Virus record (IMG/VR): IMGVR_UViG_3300036987_000048
Span: 1 to 41,114 of that record
Length of the DNA: 41,114 nt
Origin: a virus
Taxonomy: Duplodnaviria > Caudoviricetes
Direction: 5' to 3' (one strand)
Shown: positions 7,657 to 15,111 of the stretch, in pieces
Layout of the letters: the number at the start of each line of letters is the position of its first letter
Position numbering within the stretch: the first letter of the stretch is position 1
Position numbers and translations under genes: made by a program
Notes under the pieces: model-generated
Databases searched by the model: none
What the model was told of the DNA's origin: nothing
What the model saw: only the letters and a program-made list of their open reading frames with translations

Positions 7657-8333
7657 ATATGTATAAAAAATGCACAAAATGTGGAGAGGAAAAACGACTA
7701 ACTGAATTTTTCATACGTAAAGACGGCGGAGATGGATATAGATCAAGCTGTAAAAAGTGTATGGCTACTGCTAAAAAAATATATGAAGTTTTAAATCGTG
7801 AATCTATTATAATCGCACGGAAAAAATATTACACAAACAATAAAGAAAAGATGCGAAAAGCAACTCAATTATGGATTAAAAACAATCCCGATAGAATAAA
7901 ACTCCTCCAAAAAAAATGGAATTTAGAAAATATTGATAAAAGACGTGAATATAGAAGAAAGGCTATGAGAAAAAAAAGACAATCAGTAAAGGGGAAATTA
8001 AACTCAAATATATGCATAGGGATCTGGCGTACTATACGTGGTACAAAATCAAATAGACACTGGTAGGTCTTGGTCGGATACACGATTGACCAACTAAAAG
8101 ACCATCTTGAAAAATTATTTACCAAAGAAATGACATGGGACAATTATGGAATTTTTTGGGAGATTGACCATAAAGTTCCTATTGCAGTATATAATTTTGA
8201 ACAGCCAGAAGATATAGATTTTAAATTATGTTGGTCACTGAAAAATTTACAACCACTGGAATGTTCTAAGAATAGAAGTAAGGGTGATAGCGTTGGAAAA
8301 CCATTTCAACCTTCATTGTGTATGTCTATATGA
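7653..8333 (+). pseudogene. HNH endonuclease interrupted by an in-frame TAG (8064-8066)
   Basis: ORFs 7623..8066 and 8070..8333 share a frame. Joined, they give CTKC..CKKC, a basic helix, RHW*VLVGYT..WEIDHKVP..CWSLKNLQPL..N. Confidence 0.8.
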
Positions 8334-8429
8334 AAAAATTTTGGCACAAACATAGCTGTCTGGTGTGCAAGACGTTGATTTACGCTCTTGACGAAAAGAG
8401 GCTCAATGAAGCGATTTTTGGAGGCTTAA

Positions 8430-8618
8430 ATGCAACAATTAACAGAGGAACAATGTGATAATTTCCGTAGGACTAGGGGAGATTTTAACAACATGGTTAA
8501 TACGATCTATCAAGCTGGTAGAATGAGCGCGGCGCAAGAGGCATATGATTGCGTGTTTAGTACGATAGATGAATCGAGATCGAGAATTGAAGAACATTTC
8601 GATTTCAAGGCTGATTAA
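8430..8618 (+). CDS. Hypothetical protein
   Basis: GGAGG SD; operon context. Confidence 0.65.
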   Translation: MQQLTEEQCDNFRRTRGDFNNMVNTIYQAGRMSAAQEAYDCVFSTIDESRSRIEEHFDFKAD

Positions 8619-8620
8619 TA

Positions 8621-8676
8621 ATATAACGAAAAAATCAGCCGAAGTGTAGCGCTCGGCTGGATTTACTTGGTTATCT
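8621..8676. mobile_element. attC-like recombination site 1 (56 bp)
   Basis: ATATAAC-gaaaa-AATCAGCCGA...TCGGCTG(G)ATT-tacttg-GTTATCT: AAC/GTT core sites, unpaired spacers, inner inverted repeat with one extrahelical base. Confidence 0.75.
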
Positions 8677-8698
8677 TAATATTTGAAAGGAGTAAATC

Positions 8699-9022
8699 AT
8701 GAGCTTGGATGTAATGCTGACGGAAGTAAAAGAATGCGAGATATTCAGCCAAAATATTACGCACAATCTTGGAGCAATGGCAGAAGAAGCAGGAATATAC
8801 AAACATTTATGGATACCTGAAGAAATAGGAATAACAACAGCTATTGACTTAATCCAACCACTTAAAGAAGGAGTTGCGTTAATGAAGAAGGAACCTGAGA
8901 GGTTTAAGAAATTTAACGCTTCTAATGGGTGGGGAATGTATGAAGATTTTGTTCCGTGGATTGAGCGATATATTGAAGCGTGTGAATTGAATCCGGGGTC
9001 AAAGGTAAGTGTTTCAAGATAA
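8699..9022 (+). CDS. Phage hypothetical protein (cassette A cargo)
   Basis: AAGGAG SD; NITHNL..MA..AGIY..NGWG motif; stop codon lies within the AGATAAC core site. Confidence 0.85.
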   Translation: MSLDVMLTEVKECEIFSQNITHNLGAMAEEAGIYKHLWIPEEIGITTAIDLIQPLKEGVALMKKEPERFKKFNASNGWGMYEDFVPWIERYIEACELNPGSKVSVSR

Positions 9023-9064
9023 CGCCGACATCAGCCGCTTGTCGGCTGCATGGAATTGTTAAGT
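9017..9064. mobile_element. attC-like recombination site 2 (48 bp)
   Basis: AGATAAC-gccga-CATCAGCCG-cttgt-CGGCTG(C)ATG-gaatt-GTTAAGT. Confidence 0.75.
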
Positions 9065-9087
9065 GGGTTTTAAATAAAGGAGTTTAA

Positions 9088-9327
9088 ATGAAATATCAAG
9101 ATGTTGTTAATTCGTGGAATGCTCAAGCCGATGAGTTTAATCAGTGGACTGAATTATGTTCAGAAGAGATGGTTGATTACGCCATTAAGTTAGAGCGTGA
9201 AAGATTATCATCTTTACTACAAAAGGCAGGGGCTACTATTCCCGCACCTCCTCCAACGGGGACAATAGAAGGTGCGATGAATATGGGCCTTTGCATTGCG
9301 TTGTCACTGGTAGATGATGACACTTAA
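9088..9327 (+). CDS. Hypothetical protein (cassette B cargo)
   Basis: AAGGAG SD; stop lies within CACTTAAC, the reverse complement of GTTAAGTG at 9058-9065. Confidence 0.75.
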   Translation: MKYQDVVNSWNAQADEFNQWTELCSEEMVDYAIKLERERLSSLLQKAGATIPAPPPTGTIEGAMNMGLCIALSLVDDDT

Positions 9328-9589
9328 CAATTAATATACCAAGTTGGTATTTTATTGGTGGGTGTGGAAAGTAGTTATAAATTAGTAGATTAGACAAGAA
9401 ATGAACTTATTACTTGAGAGGTATAAATTATGGCAATAATAATACAGAATTAAATGCCCAAAGTGTGCAGAATGGGAAAAAGATTTAAAAGATTTAATTG
9501 AACAAGAAAAAATAATTATCGAACAGGAAAAGGACAAGCGTTCTGCTCACCAAAGCGGGATGGTAACACACAATTAAGGTGGGGGAGAA

Positions 9590-9787
9590 ATGAAAGAGGA
9601 AAAGTTCATACCGGCAAGCGATGTCACTGATGAAGGTTCCTATAAAATTGATATGGGTGATGGTGACGGTACTTGGTTAGATATAACAGTGTATAAGCGT
9701 AAGGGGAAACTATTTCTGATTAATCCAGAGAACAACAAGGAATGTTGTTTAAAGGGAATACACGGATGGGTATTCCAAAAACTATGA
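9590..9787 (+). CDS. Hypothetical protein
   Basis: GGGGAG SD; operon context. Confidence 0.65.
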   Translation: MKEEKFIPASDVTDEGSYKIDMGDGDGTWLDITVYKRKGKLFLINPENNKECCLKGIHGWVFQKL

Positions 9788-9789
9788 AG

Positions 9790-10057
9790 GGAGGCAAGCC
9801 ATGAATGACCAAGATAAGAAACTTATATTTGATTATTTGAGGTGGGAATACTGGGCGTGGGGAATAAAAGATTTTAATGGTAATGACATTCTTGAAGCTG
9901 TTGGAATTATGGAAGAGATGGGAGACATGCCAGAGTTTGAATCGTTCTGTTTTTCAAACGCTGACAAGAAAAGAATTTCGCAGTTTTATACTTTTACTTA
10001 TCTTCTCAAAAACTTTTTCCAGCTTCTTGCTGATTGGTTGAAGGAGGCAAGCCATGA
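9790..10057 (+). repeat. 15-bp direct repeat GGAGGCAAGCCATGA at two consecutive gene starts
   Basis: Exact copies at 9790-9804 and 10043-10057. Confidence 0.8.
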
Positions 10058-10061
10058 GTGA
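9801..10061 (+). CDS. Hypothetical protein
   Basis: GGAGG SD. Confidence 0.7.
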   Translation: MNDQDKKLIFDYLRWEYWAWGIKDFNGNDILEAVGIMEEMGDMPEFESFCFSNADKKRISQFYTFTYLLKNFFQLLADWLKEASHE

Positions 10062-10413
10062 TAAAGAAATGACTGACGACCATATTAATAAACTGATTGC
10101 GGAGAAGCTGGGCTTAGGATTCCAGTATAGTAGAAAACCAATTATCTTCACCGAAAACGCAAAGGTGCTGCTAGGGGAATTGAAGGAGAAAGATTATAAA
10201 GATTACGGTAATTTTGTTAATAATTTGCCAGTAGAAATTCAATTATCTTACGACCGTGGTATGCTCTTACTTGATATTCACTATCATTTCGTTATAGAAT
10301 TTATAAATACTTATATCCTCAACCCTCGCCTGTTGTGTGAGAAGTATTTGGAGTGGGAGGGCAAGCAAATTTTTTGCGGTAAATGCGAAGCAAAAAGCGA
10401 AAACACTATCTAA
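10054..10413 (+). CDS. Hypothetical protein
   Basis: GGAGG SD; last clear gene of the rightward operon. Confidence 0.65.
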   Translation: MSDKEMTDDHINKLIAEKLGLGFQYSRKPIIFTENAKVLLGELKEKDYKDYGNFVNNLPVEIQLSYDRGMLLLDIHYHFVIEFINTYILNPRLLCEKYLEWEGKQIFCGKCEAKSENTI

Positions 10414-10576
10414 GATTTGGGAGTGGCTACACGCTCACGGCTACGACACAGAGGCAAAGATAATAGCCCTTATTAATGAGTATGCGGAGTTGATGGCGAG
10501 AGAAAAGGAGTAGTGTTTTAGATAACCCTAGCCAGTATCAACAGGTACAAGACAGCAGTTAGAAGCCAGGGTAGTT

Positions 10577-10795
10577 TCACTTCGTGGCCTTTTTAAAACA
10601 TTGAATCTGTGAGTCCAACATCAACTCGCAGTTGATAATCTCGTTTATGGCTTCCACAATAGACTTGTCGTCTGTGATGTAAACCTTATGACAAACAGGG
10701 TCGGAGCAATCAGCAACCGGCCTGACGTAAGTCTTAGCGCACCCGATTATTGTGACGCTCAACAATAGTATTAAGCAGATTGTAAAATTCTTCAT
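10577..10795 (-). CDS. o-spanin (Rz1-like lipoprotein)
   Basis: Signal peptide with IIG-C lipobox; overlaps the 3' end of the i-spanin. Confidence 0.75.
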   Translation of the reverse strand: MKNFTICLILLLSVTIIGCAKTYVRPVADCSDPVCHKVYITDDKSIVEAINEIINCELMLDSQIQCFKKATK

Positions 10796-11066
10796 TCTGG
10801 CACTTCCCTTGTATATTGGCTTCTTTGATTTTCTTGTTAATCTCGTCTGTGGTTAAACTGATTTTGGCTATTCTCTTTCCGTGGGCCTGGTTCTCTTTAA
10901 TCACCTGTTCATACTGTTTTAACTGGGCTTCTTTGAGGGAAATTATCTCTTTCTGATAGGTCGATTTAAGAGACATTATTTTCCAACCCAAACCTACGCA
11001 GATAAGTAAAAGTGATATGATTATAACCGTTTTCCAGTTTTTTAAGATGGACAATAAGATGGTCAT
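10734..11066 (-). CDS. i-spanin (Rz-like)
   Basis: N-terminal TM followed by coiled coil; in lysis cassette. Confidence 0.75.
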   Translation of the reverse strand: MTILLSILKNWKTVIIISLLLICVGLGWKIMSLKSTYQKEIISLKEAQLKQYEQVIKENQAHGKRIAKISLTTDEINKKIKEANIQGKCQNEEFYNLLNTIVERHNNRVR

Positions 11067-11296
11067 TTTCTTGCACCTATATCAAAAGGTTGTTCGGCGA
11101 ACTTCTGAATAGCTTTAGGCACAAAAGCACCGATTAAAAACGCCGTGAAGATGTAAAGTCCGGTGTAAGGGTCAGCCGGTGGCCTAATAAGAATTAACGC
11201 CGCCACAGCCACACTAGCTATAAAAGAGGCTATGCTCATAACCCTCATCGTTGAAGGATTGCCGTTATCGTCTGTAAGTACTTTTGCTTCCATCAT
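11063..11296 (-). CDS. Holin-like 2-TM protein
   Basis: Two hydrophobic helices; GNPSTMR motif; sits between endolysin and spanins. Confidence 0.65.
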   Translation of the reverse strand: MMEAKVLTDDNGNPSTMRVMSIASFIASVAVAALILIRPPADPYTGLYIFTAFLIGAFVPKAIQKFAEQPFDIGARK

Positions 11297-11301
11297 CCCT
11301 C

Positions 11302-11649
11302 CTAATAAAACCAGCAAGCCGTTACTGGAACGCCATCTTTCATTGAGTCCACATGAATAAATGTTTTCGCAACGCCAATTCTTGTAAATCCCGCCATGAT
11401 TAACCCGTAAATGATTTTCATTCTTTCGTAAGAATTGATTGCTTTTATATCAGCCGCTTTGCCCGATGTGTGGTTCCGAGATGTCGAGCCTACGTTTGAG
11501 TTATGAACTTCGCACCTATAACCAGAATTTATAATATAAGGCACACCGGAAATATCTCTTGCCCTATCGAGCCTTTCGAGAAAATGTGTATCAATCTCAT
11601 TCTCTCCGCAATGCTTACAGGCGAATTCTTCTCTCTTGAAGTGCTTCAT
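11302..11649 (-). CDS. Endolysin, peptidase M15 family
   Basis: EFACKHCG..SGYRC..HN..H..GKAAD..FIHVD. Confidence 0.92.
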   Translation of the reverse strand: MKHFKREEFACKHCGENEIDTHFLERLDRARDISGVPYIINSGYRCEVHNSNVGSTSRNHTSGKAADIKAINSYERMKIIYGLIMAGFTRIGVAKTFIHVDSMKDGVPVTACWFY

Positions 11650-11656
11650 CTGTCTC

Positions 11657-11917
11657 TCATTTTGTTATGTGGTTTATGATGATAGCCATAATAATACCAC
11701 CAGCCCCGATGACGGTCGCCCAAAGCCCCAAAATATTCTGGCCTTGAATAATCACCCTCTCACACATACCTTTTTTGCCGTTCCCAAAGAGGATTTTATT
11801 AATAGCAATCAAGTCATTTCTATTAGCAAAGGCAATCTTCACTAAAAAAGTCAGCTTGTCACTATCGCTCATTTTTCCTATTTCGGCTTCATTGAGTTCA
11901 ACTTTCACAGAGTCCAT
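11657..11917 (-). CDS. Membrane protein with C-terminal TM (holin/antiholin-like)
   Basis: LFGNGKKG then a hydrophobic C-terminus; upstream of the endolysin. Confidence 0.6.
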   Translation of the reverse strand: MDSVKVELNEAEIGKMSDSDKLTFLVKIAFANRNDLIAINKILFGNGKKGMCERVIIQGQNILGLWATVIGAGGIIMAIIINHITK

Positions 11918-12004
11918 TTGACATTTTCCCCTTTTTCCTTTATTTTACTTTGGGCGGTGGCATTTTCCCTTGTGCCGGTCTGTGGTAGCAGACAGCCGCC
12001 CCCC

Positions 12005-12253
12005 TCAAAACAACTTGATAATAAACACACCCGCAAACCCACCGCCGCAGGTTGCAAGAAAATCGAACATATCCCACGGCCTCTTTTGGTAGTAATCAAA
12101 AGTTTCTTTTAAAGCACCTATCCCGAAACTTGCTAATAACCCATATCCTTCTGGCCTTAAACCGCCAATTTCCAAGTACGAACACAAAAAGGCGACTACA
12201 CAACAAACAATAAAACCACCGATGAAATGATAAAGTTTATCCATGCCTATCAT
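12005..12253 (-). CDS. Small membrane protein (DKxxH..KE..D family)
   Basis: MDKLYHFIGG..GALKETFD..DMFDFLAT; three hydrophobic segments. Confidence 0.7.
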   Translation of the reverse strand: MIGMDKLYHFIGGFIVCCVVAFLCSYLEIGGLRPEGYGLLASFGIGALKETFDYYQKRPWDMFDFLATCGGGFAGVFIIKLF

Positions 12254-12612
12254 GTCGCTTTCTCCTTCACTCCCCACGCTCTGCACTCCTCAACATATTT
12301 CACCCACATATCTTTTTCAGCAGAATCACCAAGCCTCAAAAGTTTAATCTCATCGTTGATAGAGTATCGCTCACGGATTTTCTGCACAACTTGAGCGTTC
12401 ACCTTATCTGCCTCAAAATTCGCCTGAATCAATAAAACCGGCTGTTCTTTCTGAAGCGTGACAGAATCAGGAACTTCGATGTATGTAAATCCATCCAGTG
12501 CCCCGATTTCCCGAACACGTTCTTTCAAGTTCAGCAGTTCGTAATCCGGCTCAACCAGGCAGAGCGTGGTAACTTCGTTGGTAATTTTTCGGTATTTGTA
12601 TTGTTTTGCCAT
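12250..12612 (-). CDS. Tail-fibre-associated protein
   Basis: AAGGAGG SD; IRERYSINDEIKLLR motif; downstream of the fibre gene. Confidence 0.7.
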   Translation of the reverse strand: MAKQYKYRKITNEVTTLCLVEPDYELLNLKERVREIGALDGFTYIEVPDSVTLQKEQPVLLIQANFEADKVNAQVVQKIRERYSINDEIKLLRLGDSAEKDMWVKYVEECRAWGVKEKAT

Positions 12613-12727
12613 TTAAAATAGCCTCCTTGATGATTTCATGCTTCGGAAAATGATTAAGATAAGTATTCATCAGTTTCGCAAACTCCATAAACTTTCTATT
12701 TAACTGTGCTTCGCTATGTGCGCCCAT
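12551..12727 (-). pseudogene. avd: DGR accessory gene (avd-like four-helix bundle) stump
   Basis: 58-aa ORF not in track. The first 31 aa, MGAHSEAQLNRKFMEFAKLMNTYLNHFPKHE, resemble the Avd N-terminus (FPKxE motif); sequence turns unrelated after 12635. Confidence 0.7.
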
Positions 12728-12747
12728 CGCTTCGCTATCGCTCGCTT

Positions 12748-14712
12748 TTATTCAGGGTAACAGGCGAGGCGGAACCCAATCGTGTGGTACGCATTCGCGC
12801 GAGTGTGGAGCCAAGAGGAAGACCAAACGCCGGCACCCGCACCATAGTCCCAACGCCCGGACGAAAGGAGGCACATTTCATTGACGATGTATTGATAAAA
12901 ATAATCTTTGCCAAAAAGGTTCGTGCCTGTTGCATCAACGCCTGCGCCATTTTTCGGAAACCCCATCCCGGCTAAGACCCATCCCGCGCCGGAGGTTGAT
13001 GGTGACAAAACTTGATTAGTGCTGCTTCCCATCCGCATCCCGTAGGCAAATCCGGTCTTGAACGGCGGAACAAAACTATCCATCATAGCGGCCACACCGG
13101 TCGCGCCCCAGTGGTCAGTTGCGCCGGTATTACTGTGGGTAAAGGTTTTCATCGCTACGCTTGTTTTAGCGGCGTAGAATGTGCCTTTAGTGACCGTGCC
13201 ACCGGAAGCCCATCCGCTGAGTCCTGAGCTATCCAGGGCAATTGTAAACTTGGTCGGGTCGGCTGTTGTTGTGATTGACCATATCTTATCGTTAATAGCG
13301 GTCGCTAAAGTTCCTGCCGCGATTGACCCTATCTGCACAAAATCTCCCGTGGTCAGACCGTGAGCTGCTGATACGGTGATTTCCGCAGGGTTGGCCGCCG
13401 TAATTCCCGTTATGGTTAAATTGGCGGCAATCGCTGTTGCGCCTATCATAACTTCCCACATTCCGCCGTTGAGGTCAGCGACGCCCGATGCCTGCCCGTT
13501 ATGCGTTGTCTTGGCAAATGCAACGCCTGTGCCTGTTCGTACCGATTGGGAATATCCATCCGAACCATAAATAACCGTCGCGTCGTCGGCGTCTTTAAAG
13601 TTCGAGTTATTAGCACCCTTAGGATAATTGTTTGTCGCGTGATACCATGCACAGTGCGTATCGGTCTGCGAGTACTGTCCATGAACGAGAGACAGTAACG
13701 CCAATGCCCCGTTTTGGAATACCGATTTGACATGAAATATCGAACTGGCATTGACTAAACCGTTAGACCCGTCCCTTCTGTGGGCAAGGTCTATGGTTGA
13801 GCCGTTGTTGTTCGCGCCGCCGGTTAAATCTGTGTAGGGATTGTGGTCTGCGTGTGACGCTAATGGTTTCCCGCCTTTTATGGAGGCGGCGGTGAAGCCT
13901 GTTCCATTGGCGACCTTAGAGTTTTTGTACTTATCAATGAAAAAACCAACTTGCTCCTTGCCGCCATCGTAAAACGCTCTATGTAAGGCGTAGCCATCAA
14001 CGTTAGCCAAGGCTTCTGTTGCGTAGGTTTCCAGCCCCTTAACCGATATGGAGTTTGTGCCGTGAGTCACGAGCGTTTCATTGAACTCGAAACCAGCGCC
14101 AAACCCCTTGGTTGCGTTTCCTCCCGACGAGTATGCAGTATAACCAGATGAATTAATCCCCGACAACTCATAGGTGTCGTCTGCCTTATTCGCAACGGTG
14201 AAAACCAAATCGTTGACTTGTGTCATGCCCGCAACATTATCAATCAGAATTTTATCTCCGTTGGAATAACCGTGAGCGACTTGGGTTACAACGGCAGGAT
14301 TGCCCTGCGTAATCCCTGTAATATTCCCGAAAGTATGAATCCTGTAATAGAACTTAGGAATCCACACCATAATTGACCCATCGGAGAATTGATAATTGCC
14401 GTAGTTGGGGCTTGAGGGATTATTGTACCCGCGCATCGGCGTAAAACCGGAAGGCAGTAAAGCCGCGGGACAAACACCTACACCAAATCCAAGCTGCCCA
14501 GGTATGCCGATGGTGTTTTCTGTTGGTGTAATGGCGGCAATGTCCGCTACTCCGGTAATTGTTAAATCCTCTGCCCCTAAGGTTGTAAACGTCCCTGCCG
14601 CGCCGTTGATTATGCCTCCGGTTATAGCAATATCAGAGAAGGTCTGTGTTCCCGTCCAAGTATTATCTTGTGCGAGTAGTCGTTTTAATTTATCCCATCC
14701 AAATTTAACCAT
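12748..14712 (-). CDS. Tail fibre / receptor-binding protein, C-type-lectin-fold DGR target with two inserted beta-rich (E1-FCCH-like) modules
   Basis: MVWIPKFYY, GVADLNGGMWE and C-terminal GRW..AGVW..R....IGFRLA; two ITGIT.(G/A)NPA...AHG...GD modules. Confidence 0.88.
   Translation of the reverse strand: MVKFGWDKLKRLLAQDNTWTGTQTFSDIAITGGIINGAAGTFTTLGAEDLTITGVADIAAITPTENTIGIPGQLGFGVGVCPAALLPSGFTPMRGYNNPSSPNYGNYQFSDGSIMVWIPKFYYRIHTFGNITGITQGNPAVVTQVAHGYSNGDKILIDNVAGMTQVNDLVFTVANKADDTYELSGINSSGYTAYSSGGNATKGFGAGFEFNETLVTHGTNSISVKGLETYATEALANVDGYALHRAFYDGGKEQVGFFIDKYKNSKVANGTGFTAASIKGGKPLASHADHNPYTDLTGGANNNGSTIDLAHRRDGSNGLVNASSIFHVKSVFQNGALALLSLVHGQYSQTDTHCAWYHATNNYPKGANNSNFKDADDATVIYGSDGYSQSVRTGTGVAFAKTTHNGQASGVADLNGGMWEVMIGATAIAANLTITGITAANPAEITVSAAHGLTTGDFVQIGSIAAGTLATAINDKIWSITTTADPTKFTIALDSSGLSGWASGGTVTKGTFYAAKTSVAMKTFTHSNTGATDHWGATGVAAMMDSFVPPFKTGFAYGMRMGSSTNQVLSPSTSGAGWVLAGMGFPKNGAGVDATGTNLFGKDYFYQYIVNEMCLLSSGRWDYGAGAGVWSSSWLHTRANAYHTIGFRLACYPE
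12751..12876 (-). other. DGR variable region (VR)
   Basis: The 40 codons before the final Glu have no A at any third position; NNY codons are interspersed with fixed W/G/R residues. Confidence 0.75.
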
Positions 14713-14721
14713 GATAGCCCC

Positions 14722-15081
14722 CTATTGAATGTTAAGATGCAAAGTAACAACACAGGTCTGTGTAGTAGCTGTTGCAACTATCTTAATGAATGGGTACATT
14801 TCCGGCTCAAATGCCAACCCTCCGGTAGCCGTGGACAATCCAGAAACAATAGTCCCTCCGCCCGTAGGCGTGAAATACGTTCCATCCTTAATTGAACATA
14901 CCGTGTAGGTCAGTGCCAAGGTTCCGCCAGAAGTCGAGTTGGCGTAAGCGATTGAAAATAATCCGTCCTGTGCGATTTCTCTCAAGTCAAAGGCTGCTGA
15001 TGTAATCGCCGCTGCTGTGGTAACTGTTTTCGGCCCGTTGAATACGTTGTAAGTCGTAATGGGTCTGAATCCTTTAGGCAT
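14722..15081 (-). CDS. Small virion protein
   Basis: AGGAGG SD; Thr/Gly-rich beta-type sequence; upstream of the fibre gene. Confidence 0.7.
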   Translation of the reverse strand: MPKGFRPITTYNVFNGPKTVTTAAAITSAAFDLREIAQDGLFSIAYANSTSGGTLALTYTVCSIKDGTYFTPTGGGTIVSGLSTATGGLAFEPEMYPFIKIVATATTQTCVVTLHLNIQ

Positions 15082-15111
15082 TTTTGTTTTCCTCCTTGAA
15101 TGTTTAGTTTC

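Noticed and set aside
8330-8620. ORF 8430..8618 as a third cassette
   Set aside because: No upstream GTTATAT core complementary to ATATAAC was found.
9400-9580. Gene downstream of the cassette entry site
   Set aside because: Only a start-less frame (KCPKCAEWEKDL...) and very short ORFs; probably a remnant, not supportable as a CDS.
11291-11296. Holin dual-start motif
   Set aside because: Met-Met with no intervening charged residue does not match the lambda S Met-Lys-Met arrangement.
12706-13751. Multiple overlapping ORFs across the fibre gene
   Set aside because: Shadow frames in GC-richer sequence with no SD or recognisable motifs; low stop frequency near the VR follows from A-depletion.
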